DNA of 32,000 nucleotides from Allobaculum fili. GTDB taxonomy: Bacteria; Bacillota_I; Bacilli_A; Erysipelotrichales; Erysipelotrichaceae. Every line of letters begins with the position of its first letter. The stretch's first letter is position 1. Shown here one piece after another: positions 1 to 7,447 of this stretch. The translations under genes were made by a program, and so were the position numbers. The stretch is from contig NZ_JAHDSX010000001.1 in the NCBI RefSeq assembly GCF_020969955.1, positions 166,230 through 198,229 of the forward strand, in the 5' to 3' direction. The notes beneath the pieces were generated by a model. The model was not told the DNA's origin and did no database searches. It was given only the letters and a program-made list of their open reading frames with translations.

Positions 1-2
1 TC

Positions 3-515
3 CGCAGCGCGAAAAACGACGATCTGGTCACCAATGCGACAACCCGCTCGCTCGTTCTGAAGCTGCGTGACTGGGAAAACAAATACCGCAGCGAACGTTC
101 CCGCAAAGCGCAGGAACGCCGCCGCAAGGAAGAAGAACAGAAAGCGTATGACGAAGAAATGAAGCGTCAGGATACGCCATCCGCCATGCGCGCGCATGTC
201 GTGGCTTCTTCCATTGTCGTACCGTCCGAAAAGGAAACGGAAAAAGAAAACGCCCTCGAAGCCGAGCACGAAGCGAAAGAAGCTGCTGAAGTGAACCCGT
301 TTGAAGAACCGGCCGACGCCAAAGAAAACGAACCGGTCGATGCCGAATACGTGGAACACGAAGGCGCAGCGCCGGACGAACATTCGCATACGGAAGACGA
401 GGAAAAATCCAAACCGTCCGCCAAACCGGCAGACGAAAACGCTTCGGATCCCGCTACAGAGGAAAACGCAGCGCCTGCTGACGCTTCCAGATCCGAAGAC
501 GAAAAGAAAGACTAA
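3..515 (+). CDS. C-terminal fragment of a hypothetical protein (5' end outside the window) with a charged K/R/E stretch and an acidic low-complexity tail
   Basis: Frame 3 is open from the window edge (..RSAKNDDLVTNATTRSLVLKLRDWENKYRSERSRKAQERRRKEEEQKAYDEE-MKRQ..) to TAA at 513-515. The track ORF 159-515 is only its last in-frame Met. No family recognised. Confidence 0.5.
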   Translation, partial: RSAKNDDLVTNATTRSLVLKLRDWENKYRSERSRKAQERRRKEEEQKAYDEEMKRQDTPSAMRAHVVASSIVVPSEKETEKENALEAEHEAKEAAEVNPFEEPADAKENEPVDAEYVEHEGAAPDEHSHTEDEEKSKPSAKPADENASDPATEENAAPADASRSEDEKKD

Positions 516-602
516 GATTTCTCCGTTTTTAGTGGGGTAAGCGAAGACGAAGCGACTTTTCGTTCTTCTTTACCAAGCAAAACGTTTTAGAAAAAACAAC
601 AA

Positions 603-636
603 CGCCCTGGCTTGCCGCAAAGCCAGGGCGTTTTCA
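603..636. terminator. Bidirectional intrinsic terminator between convergent genes
   Basis: Stem CGCCCTGGCTT (603-613) / AAGCCAGGGCG (620-630), an A-run before it (591-596) and TTTT after it (631-634). It lies between the + ORF ending at 515 and the - ORF ending at 745. Confidence 0.6.
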
Positions 637-744
637 ATTTCTGCAGTTCGGGTTACGCGAGGTAAACCCCTTCGGCAGAGGAAAAGCGATCCGCTTCCGG
701 GATACGTTTGCCCGGACATGCGGATCGCTTTGTTATTTTGCGTA

Positions 745-1365
745 TTATTTCTCGCCCTCTTCGGGAAGAGGAACGGTGACGATGCAGCTTTCATAGGCGT
801 TGATGACCGCAGTCTGATCGATCACATAGCGGCGGGGATAGTCGCCGTAATTGAGATGGATGTGGCCGTGAAAGAAAAACTGCGGATGGTAGCGTTCGAT
901 CAGCCGGCCAAAGCCTTCAAAGCCGGTATGACACGGATCCTTGCCGTCGTAATGGCCGGCAGCCGGGGCGTGGGTGACGAGAATATCAAATCCGCCATGT
1001 TTCCAGAAGAGCGGCCAGAGCTTGCGGATACGCCGGTCCATTTCCTTATTGGAATACTGATGCGGGCCGCCGTTGTAAAACATCGATCCGCCAAGGCCTA
1101 AAATGCGCAGGCCTTTCCAGACAAAGATTTTCTCGTCAATATCCACGCAGCCTAAAGGCGGATGGGAGGCGTAGCCGAGATCGTGGTTGCCTGGCACGTA
1201 AAGAACATAGCCGTCAAAGCGGTCGGCGATGAATTCAAGGTAGCTGGCGGGCAGATCACCGCAGGAAATGATCAGATCGATTCCCTCAAACGTTTTCGGC
1301 GTCCACAGGCGGAAATACTGGGGAACGACTTCATCGGAAAGCAGAAGAATCTTGGCGGATTTCAT
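745..1365 (-). CDS. Metallophosphoesterase (calcineurin-like phosphoesterase family)
   Basis: 206 aa. Motifs seen: ..LLLSD.., CGDL, VPGNHD, LVTHAP, FHGHIH. Its ATG overlaps the upstream stop (ATGA at 1362-1365), so it is probably translationally coupled. Confidence 0.85.
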   Translation of the reverse strand: MKSAKILLLSDEVVPQYFRLWTPKTFEGIDLIISCGDLPASYLEFIADRFDGYVLYVPGNHDLGYASHPPLGCVDIDEKIFVWKGLRILGLGGSMFYNGGPHQYSNKEMDRRIRKLWPLFWKHGGFDILVTHAPAAGHYDGKDPCHTGFEGFGRLIERYHPQFFFHGHIHLNYGDYPRRYVIDQTAVINAYESCIVTVPLPEEGEK

Positions 1366-3386
1366 GAGCGATCCGGGCTTTCCTGAAGGGAGCTCTTCCT
1401 GGCGTCGTTCGAACGATCCGGATTCTGGACATCCTCTCTGTTTTCAGCCGCTTCCGGATGGGCCTGCGCCTTGCTTTCAGAACTGTCGGCTTCCTCCAGA
1501 TCCAGGCCGTGCAGGGTGACGAGCTTTTCGGCTTCGGGCATCAGATTGTCTTCATCGGGCAGATAGCCGATAACGCCGTCCACAAACCAGTCCATATGCG
1601 CGATTTCTTCCATGCTTAGCGACTGGAGGCGATCGCGCTCGGAGGGCACGCAGGCGAGATCTTCAAAGACGAAGAAGCGCTGATCGGCAATATCGTCGCG
1701 GATCTGGCTGATCAGTCTTCGCGTCTGCAGAGGCAGATGATCGGAAAACTGAATGTCCATCAGGCCGTTGGAAAGGCCGAGCCAGTAGTTGATGGACGGG
1801 GTGTTGTGATGAATCTCGTCGCTGCGGTACGTGCGGTTGAGAATGGAATAAATGATGCGGGTGTAAAAGACGTCCCACTTCTGAGCGACTGAAGAAATTT
1901 TGCAGAACTGGCCGCTGCGCACGTCGAACAGGCCAAACTGACGGCCGGAGCGGCTGCGCAGATCGAAATCCTGACCGCCGATGAAGATCAGGTCGATATC
2001 CATCGGAAATTCCCGGTTGGTCGCCGAATGGGTGGTGGACCAGTCGAGATACACTTTTGCATCGCTGCGCACCGCTCTGGCTCCGAGCGCGAAGGCGTTG
2101 ATGTCGGCGATGGCGCCGAAAATCGGGTAGTCGGCAATGTAGCCCAGACGGCCGTATGTGGAAAGGGCGCCGGCGGCCATTCCTTGCAAGTACTGGATTT
2201 CATAGCCGCGGGTGTAGTACGACCGAACGGCTGTGTTTTCCGGATTGAGCGAGCAGTTCAGGAACTTGATCTGGGGATAGCGGGCCGCAAACGCGTTGGT
2301 TTCCGGAAGTTCAATCGGATGGCTCGTAAAGACGACGTTCGCACCCCAGCTGACCGCTTCGCTCAGCGCGTCTTCGATTTCATAAGCCGTATTGACGTCG
2401 TTCCATATGCGGATGATGACTTTGTCGCCCAGCGTTCGCGCCATTTTTTCAAAGGCTTCTTCGTGGGCTCTGGCCCAGACGCTGTTTTGCGGATCGCCGG
2501 GCTGAATGAGCGCGGCTTTGACCGGCTCGCTTAAAAAGGAAAGAATCGGCTTTCGCTCCGATACATCGCTGGCGGTGAGCAGGGCGGCTTTCAGGCCGTG
2601 CGGATATAACTCGATGGCGGGAAGCAGTACGTCAAATTCCTTTTCCATTTCCGCGTGCGTCTGAACGCGGGAGACGTCGCTTCCAAATACTTCGAGAAAG
2701 AGCAGGAAGGCATCCGAGGCGGTCGCTTTGGTCCGCTCAGGAGCCCGTTGAACAAAAATACCTTCAAACTGCGCGTACAGGGCAAGCAGATCGTCCCGGC
2801 GCTGAGCGGAAAGCGGGTGGGACTCGCTGACATCGAGCAGCTTGAGCAGCTTTCGATAGTTGCGCTTGCGGCTCATGAGCAGCGTGGAAATCCCGGTCAG
2901 TTTTCGAAACTGAAGATACGCCTCATACAGGTCGCCGTCTTCCATCCCTTTGGGATCGAGAATCAGCTCGGTAATGCGCGCCCGGATCAGCGGATTGCCC
3001 AGGGCTTTTGTGACGGAAACGCGCTTGTTGCCTTCTTCGACAAAAAAGCGGCCGTACACTTCGTAAACCGTAATGGGATCGCGAAGGCCTTCTTCCATGG
3101 CGCTCGTATACAGATTCATCCACTTCGCCGCAAATTCGCTGTTTTCTGCCAGAAGCGGCATGAAATTAAACGCGAACGCTTCGGTACGGCTGGCATGGAC
3201 GGTACCGACGATATGGCTGACCTGAATTTCGTGCTCGTGCAGTACCTGGCGCGAGACGACCTGGAAATTTTTGAGATACGGATCGAGTACGGGCAGCGTC
3301 GGATCCAGACCGGCTTCTTCGCGCCGGGCGGTTTCGGCCAGCGCAGACTTGCGGGTGCGGGCATAGGCTTCGGATGCAGCGGACAT
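1362..3386 (-). CDS. Cytoplasmic BMP-family (Med/PnrA-like nucleoside-binding fold) domain protein with an extra N-terminal domain of about 300 aa (possibly ParB/Srx-like)
   Basis: The track ORF runs 1362-3626. I place the start at ATG 3384-3386 (MSAASEAYART..), preceded by GAGGTG 6 nt upstream. The first 80 codons of the long ORF are R/C/W-rich and not protein-like. The C-terminal half carries BMP-like blocks (RSYYTRGYEIQYLQGMAAGALS..GYIADYPIFGAIADINAFALGARAV). The N-terminal part has FVEEGNKRVS, reminiscent of the ParB/Srx GxxR motif. No signal peptide. Confidence 0.7.
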   Translation of the reverse strand: MSAASEAYARTRKSALAETARREEAGLDPTLPVLDPYLKNFQVVSRQVLHEHEIQVSHIVGTVHASRTEAFAFNFMPLLAENSEFAAKWMNLYTSAMEEGLRDPITVYEVYGRFFVEEGNKRVSVTKALGNPLIRARITELILDPKGMEDGDLYEAYLQFRKLTGISTLLMSRKRNYRKLLKLLDVSESHPLSAQRRDDLLALYAQFEGIFVQRAPERTKATASDAFLLFLEVFGSDVSRVQTHAEMEKEFDVLLPAIELYPHGLKAALLTASDVSERKPILSFLSEPVKAALIQPGDPQNSVWARAHEEAFEKMARTLGDKVIIRIWNDVNTAYEIEDALSEAVSWGANVVFTSHPIELPETNAFAARYPQIKFLNCSLNPENTAVRSYYTRGYEIQYLQGMAAGALSTYGRLGYIADYPIFGAIADINAFALGARAVRSDAKVYLDWSTTHSATNREFPMDIDLIFIGGQDFDLRSRSGRQFGLFDVRSGQFCKISSVAQKWDVFYTRIIYSILNRTYRSDEIHHNTPSINYWLGLSNGLMDIQFSDHLPLQTRRLISQIRDDIADQRFFVFEDLACVPSERDRLQSLSMEEIAHMDWFVDGVIGYLPDEDNLMPEAEKLVTLHGLDLEEADSSESKAQAHPEAAENREDVQNPDRSNDARKSSLQESPDRS

Positions 3387-3853
3387 AAAATCACCTCGTT
3401 TAAATCGTACCGTGTTTTTTCCGGCCGCCCGAAGCGGACGCCTGAGCGAAACTTCTGCCGGTCGATATCCCTTCCAGAACAGGCGGGTCCCGATTATGGA
3501 CTTTAGGACTAGGAATCTGACCAAAGGGGACAGACAAGCATCCACTCTGGACGCCTTGTTCATATTCCAGGGCAAACCTTCTAAAATAAGGGGTGCAAAG
3601 AAGGATAGAAGCCGGCGGCTGCACATGACGAGATCAGCCCAACGCTTCCTGTCCGACCATTTTTAGTACCGGAAACTGCCGGTCCATTTTCCGCGCACGC
3701 TTTGACCATCAAAAAAGCCAGACAATCGCATCGCGTTTCATTTTTTATTCATCCAAATCCAATAGGCTGAAAGGGTCAAAACCAGAACAATTTCGCGCGG
3801 CCTGCCCGATACGGGAACACTTGAAAATCTAAAAAGAAAAGAGGTTGGAAACC

Positions 3854-4354
3854 ATGAATCTTTCACGAGAGGAAATGGATCTGCTTGGGAAGCTGATCGG
3901 CCGTAAGGCGGAGCGCATCATCATGCCGACGCCGAAGGATTCGCTGACCAAGCCGGTTGAAATCGTGCTGGTTCTGTCACGCAACCGGGGAGTCCTGATT
4001 GACTCCTGCTACCGAACACAAAGGGCTGTGGAAACGCCGGAGGGCTATCCGCAGATGAGGGTGAGAATGATTAATAAAATTCCAGAGTATGTGAACGGCG
4101 ACACCATCGAACTGTCTGAGTTTGGCGGGGAAATTATCGCTTCGATTGAGGTGACCAGTGAAAACGTGCTGACCTCGACGGAGCAGGCCACGTATACGAA
4201 GGCAGTTCACATCGAATTTACCGGACAGCGCGAAGTGACGATTACGCGGGAAACTTACCGGACTCCTTCGCTGGACGTTTACGAAGAGCGCCGCGAGCCG
4301 GCATTCAATTATGAACCGAACGCGAGCATCACAACGACTGTCCACAGTTTCTGA
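3854..4354 (+). CDS. Hypothetical protein (166 aa)
   Basis: Clean ORF. ATG at 3854 is preceded by AAAGAGGT (3838-3845). The track start at 3845 is a TTG inside the RBS. No recognisable motifs. Confidence 0.6.
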   Translation: MNLSREEMDLLGKLIGRKAERIIMPTPKDSLTKPVEIVLVLSRNRGVLIDSCYRTQRAVETPEGYPQMRVRMINKIPEYVNGDTIELSEFGGEIIASIEVTSENVLTSTEQATYTKAVHIEFTGQREVTITRETYRTPSLDVYEERREPAFNYEPNASITTTVHSF

Positions 4355-4381
4355 TAAAAATCAATAAGAAGAAATAAAATA

Positions 4382-4483
4382 GCGGGTTTTAGTCAGTTTA
4401 TAAAGGGCTTTCAATCTAAAAAGGTAAAATAAACTACCAGAAAGTTGAAAGCGCTTATAATAAAACATTGACTTAAAACCCGC
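4382..4483 (+). other. Long imperfect hairpin of about 100 nt, possibly the terminator of the 3854-4354 gene
   Basis: Outer arms GCGGGTTTTAGTCA (4382-4395) / TGACTTAAAACCCGC (4469-4483). Inner arms GCTTTCAA (4407-4414) / TTGAAAGC (4445-4452), with TTTATAA/TTATAA pairing between them. Followed by ATTTTCTT. Confidence 0.5.
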
Positions 4484-4496
4484 ATTTTCTTATACT
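4468..4496 (+). promoter_or_regulatory. Sigma-70-type promoter TTGACT-17 nt-TATACT
   Basis: TTGACT at 4468-4473, a 17-nt spacer and TATACT at 4491-4496. Predicted TSS is about 4503. Confidence 0.5.
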
Positions 4497-4502
4497 TTCA
4501 GT

Positions 4503-4717
4503 GTACTTTGGGTCTGCGTTGGGGGACGCGGTGCAGGGTACGGTGTTTATAAGGGCGAGACGTGACCATAATTGCTTTTGTTCGATCGATGTGTTCTATA
4601 ATTTTCAACTCTAATACCTTCTGATGTTCCAAACCATACATACCGTCCTTGTAAAACAGGCTGTTCTCTGCCTGCATAAAAAAAGTGAACGTGGAGCCTT
4701 CGGGCTCCATTTTTTTT
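4503..4717 (+). ncRNA. Candidate stand-alone structured RNA of about 215 nt (class unknown), or carrier of a 20-codon micro-ORF
   Basis: Bounded by the promoter above and a strong intrinsic terminator on the same strand. There is no + strand ORF above 20 codons. 5'/3' complementarity includes GTGCAGG/CCTGCAT and TGTTTATAAGG/CCTTGTAAAACA. No + strand gene follows. Confidence 0.35.
4692..4717 (+). terminator. Intrinsic terminator
   Basis: TGGAGCC-TTCG-GGCTCCA (4692-4709) followed by T8 (4710-4717). Confidence 0.7.
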
Positions 4718-4890
4718 ATACATCGATAAAAGCGAGCCATTCCAGGTATCTTCAGAAACTCTGAGTTTCGAAAACGATGACGCAGGAAAGAAGCCTTTGG
4801 ACAGGAATTCCGTTTTCCGGACAGACGGCTCTAAGAGCCCGTCACCACAAGACGCCGAAAAATGGAAAGACATCATCCAGTCCGCCGCAT

Positions 4891-4941
4891 AAAAAGAAAA
4901 CCAGAGATCGCTCGTTTAAAACGGAACGGTTTTCCTCTGGT
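4891..4941 (-). terminator. Probable terminator of the lipoprotein gene
   Basis: On the minus strand: ACCAGAG..(28-nt loop with inner AAAAC/GTTTT)..CTCTGGT followed by TTTCTTTTT. It lies 53 nt after the stop at 4994. Confidence 0.4.
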
Positions 4942-4993
4942 CTGAAATCTGAAAACTATTCATTCGTTTCTGCCGCAGCGGCTGAACAGGCAG

Positions 4994-5812
4994 CTACTCG
5001 CTGACTTTCCCGTCGACGACATCCCACAGATCGGATATATCTCCATTCTCATGGAAAAACAGAGGCTGAACGCTGGGCGCATCGATAGCTGGATAAACGA
5101 CCGTGCCGTCTTCGGCAATACCGTAGCTTTTTGCAACCTGAGATTCTGCCTTTAAAAAGGCTTCATCGTTTTTGAACGTGGTTTCATTAACGCCAAGGGT
5201 TACATAGAGGGTGGACGGAGTGTATTCGTACAGCATGGTCATAAGCAGTCCATCGTTTGCTTTTGCGCCATACGCGGTTGTTCCGTTATCGGAGCTTAAA
5301 TTGGCCAGGTACGTCTCATACCGGTTGAAAGTATCCTGCGTCAGCTCATCCATGGAAGGATATCCTCCGTAAGCGGAAACCAGCGATCCCATAATCTTTC
5401 CGCCCAGCTCCGTGGTTTCAGAACTGTCATCGATTCCGTTTCTTGAGCGGATATGGATGTCGAGGGAACGGTAAGCATCATCCGAAAATTCGACAACGAG
5501 ATTTTTGTTTAAAACATAGCAGGTTTCATCTCCCAGAGCGGACTTCATGACTCTGACTTTTCCATCGGCGCTGGTGATGTATTCGGAAAACTCCGTGTTC
5601 AAAATGTCTTCGATATCCCGATTTGCGTATTCAAATCGATACAAACCGTCCTTGTTGAAATGCCCGTATACGGTTTTTTCTTTCTTCCCTTGAGCGGTCG
5701 CCGGCGCATTGGATGATTCACTCCCGCTCGGTTTAGCGCATCCTGTCAGGGTGAGAGAACTCATCCCGATGGAAACGGCAGTGAACAGGAAGAGCAGCTT
5801 GGATTTTTTCAT
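4994..5812 (-). CDS. Putative lipoprotein, function unknown (272 aa)
   Basis: MKKSKLLFLFTAVSIGMSSLTLTGCAKP is a classic signal peptide plus lipobox (LTGC). I prefer ATG 5810-5812 to the GTG at 5860 used by the track ORF. Confidence 0.7.
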   Translation of the reverse strand: MKKSKLLFLFTAVSIGMSSLTLTGCAKPSGSESSNAPATAQGKKEKTVYGHFNKDGLYRFEYANRDIEDILNTEFSEYITSADGKVRVMKSALGDETCYVLNKNLVVEFSDDAYRSLDIHIRSRNGIDDSSETTELGGKIMGSLVSAYGGYPSMDELTQDTFNRYETYLANLSSDNGTTAYGAKANDGLLMTMLYEYTPSTLYVTLGVNETTFKNDEAFLKAESQVAKSYGIAEDGTVVYPAIDAPSVQPLFFHENGDISDLWDVVDGKVSE

Positions 5813-6328
5813 TTTCTTTTTTTGCAGCGGCAAGTATGGAAATCCAGATGTACGATTCACGCTTTGCGCGGATACTCCTCAGTATGGATCTGCATGATCG
5901 CATCCCATCATAGGGAGTATCCCTTCGATTTCCGGGGATTCTCGCTCTGCTTTTCTCCTTTTTTATTCAATTGTTTTTATTTCGTGGATTGGGGATCGCT
6001 GTAACCAGACATCTGGAGTTCCAGTCTCTTTTTTCATCTTCTGAAGGTTCAGAGGATGCGGAGTGTTTCTGAATACGGATTTTTCCGTTCTGTTAAGAAG
6101 CCTTTTTCCCTTCACCGGCATTTTTTACAGCAGCATCCTGCGCGCTCTCGAGTTTATTTTGTTCACAGCTGCGGTTATATTTATCGATCCCGGTTTTTAT
6201 CAGTGTATACCAGGTGTCCGACCTGCCAAAGAAACGTACTGTTTTTTAAAACCAGACATCTGATCTGGATCAAAATGGTCACAAAATCCGATCCAGACCA
6301 GGATCTTCCCAAAACGGGAAACGCAAAA

Positions 6329-6361
6329 CCCCCGAAGCGCTCTGTATGGACGCTTCGGGGG
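6329..6361 (-). terminator. Intrinsic terminator after the response-regulator gene
   Basis: CCCCCGAAGCG (6329-6339) / CGCTTCGGGGG (6351-6361). The minus strand continues TTTTGCGTTTCCCGTTTT. Confidence 0.6.
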
Positions 6362-6430
6362 TATGAAGTTTTGAATGGGATCTATCCGTTTCAAGCCTGA
6401 GCTGGAAACGGGAAAGAAAATTGGATCGTC

Positions 6431-7135
6431 TTATTCCACTTTCATCATGCGGTAGCCGACGCCGATGTGGGTCTGGATGAAATGCGGACCCCCGGATCCG
6501 GATTTGGAATCGAGCTTCTTGCGCAGGGTGGCCATGAAGACGCGCAGGGAGGCGATTTCGTTATCGGAATTCGAACCCCAGATCTGCTGCGTGATGTAGT
6601 TGTGGGTCAGAACGCGGCCGACGTTTTTGGAAAGCAGCGTCAGGAGCTTGAATTCGATCGGGGTCAGGTGCACTTCGTTGCCGTTGATCGTGACCTGATT
6701 GGATGCGTAGTCAATGCGAAGCGGACCGTTGGTGAATACCGAGGTCGATACGGAAGACTGCGGCTGGTTGGAAAGATGGCGTTCAACAACGCGCAGTCTA
6801 GCCAGCAGTTCCACAATGGAAAACGGTTTGGTCAGATAATCGTCTGCGCCCGCATCGAGCGCGGCGATTTTATCTTCGTCATCGGTACGTGCGGAAATGA
6901 CAACGATCGGGACATTCGACCAGGTACGAACTTTGCGGATAATATCGACGCCGTCCATATCCGGAAGACCCAGATCCAGGAAAATAGCATCGGGATTGTG
7001 TGTGGAGGCTTCCAGAATAGCGGTTTTGCCGTCGGGAGCCATCAGATACTTATAGTTATGCGACTTTAAAGTGGTACCAATCAGGTTGCGAATGGAATTG
7101 TCATCTTCGACGACCAGAACAGTTGTTGTATTCAT
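6431..7135 (-). CDS. kdpE: OmpR-family response regulator, KdpE-like
   Basis: Start at MNTTTVLVVEDD (ATG 7133-7135, GGAG upstream). Receiver plus winged-helix domains. The string VISARTDDEDKIAALDAGADDYLTKPFSIVELLARLRV closely follows the KdpE pattern. Confidence 0.8.
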   Translation of the reverse strand: MNTTTVLVVEDDNSIRNLIGTTLKSHNYKYLMAPDGKTAILEASTHNPDAIFLDLGLPDMDGVDIIRKVRTWSNVPIVVISARTDDEDKIAALDAGADDYLTKPFSIVELLARLRVVERHLSNQPQSSVSTSVFTNGPLRIDYASNQVTINGNEVHLTPIEFKLLTLLSKNVGRVLTHNYITQQIWGSNSDNEIASLRVFMATLRKKLDSKSGSGGPHFIQTHIGVGYRMMKVE

Positions 7136-7383
7136 AAGAGAATTACGTCTCCTTCCAGCGAATGGGATAAAGATACAGATTTGCACGATCTGCGCGACGG
7201 GGAAAATTTCCGTCTTTGGGATATGGAAATTTCGTATGAATCCACGCAGATATGCCTACATAAGTATAACAGATTGACCGGCGCCGCTGAATGAGGGGCA
7301 AGGCTGCCGGCGTGTTTGTTTTCGCAAAACGGCCGGAATGATCCGGGTTCAGACCCAGTCGAAGCGGGTATACGGCAGTGATG

Positions 7384-7410
7384 AAAAAGCCGCCGTAAGC
7401 AGCGGCTTTT
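7384..7410 (-). terminator. Intrinsic terminator after the histidine-kinase gene
   Basis: AAAAGCCGC / GCGGCTTTT stem (7385-7393 / 7402-7410) with a T-run on the minus strand, 38 nt after the stop at 7448. Confidence 0.6.
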
Positions 7411-7447
7411 CATTCAGAACAAACGGCTTGTTAGAAACAGGCTTGCT

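Noticed and set aside
3430-3520. The minus-strand leader of the BMP-domain gene contains GGGATATCG..AGAAGTTTCGC, superficially like the GGATATGG..AGTTTCTACC core of purine riboswitches. That would be attractive because BMP proteins bind nucleosides.
   Set aside because: I could not build the P1/P2/P3 helices or the CCGTAAA-type L3 loop around it, so it is not callable by eye. It is left as a cmscan suggestion only.
3387-3626. N-terminal 80-codon extension of the 1362-3626 ORF (MCSRRLLSFFAPL..).
   Set aside because: It has non-protein-like composition and no RBS. The internal ATG at 3386 has a GAGGTG RBS and begins the recognisable sequence.
4498-4876. Minus-strand ORFs 4498-4740 (80 aa) and 4547-4876 (109 aa) in the 4.36-4.99 kb gap.
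   Set aside because: They overlap each other in different frames, lack an RBS and run through a + strand terminator hairpin. The region is better explained by the + strand promoter/terminator unit.
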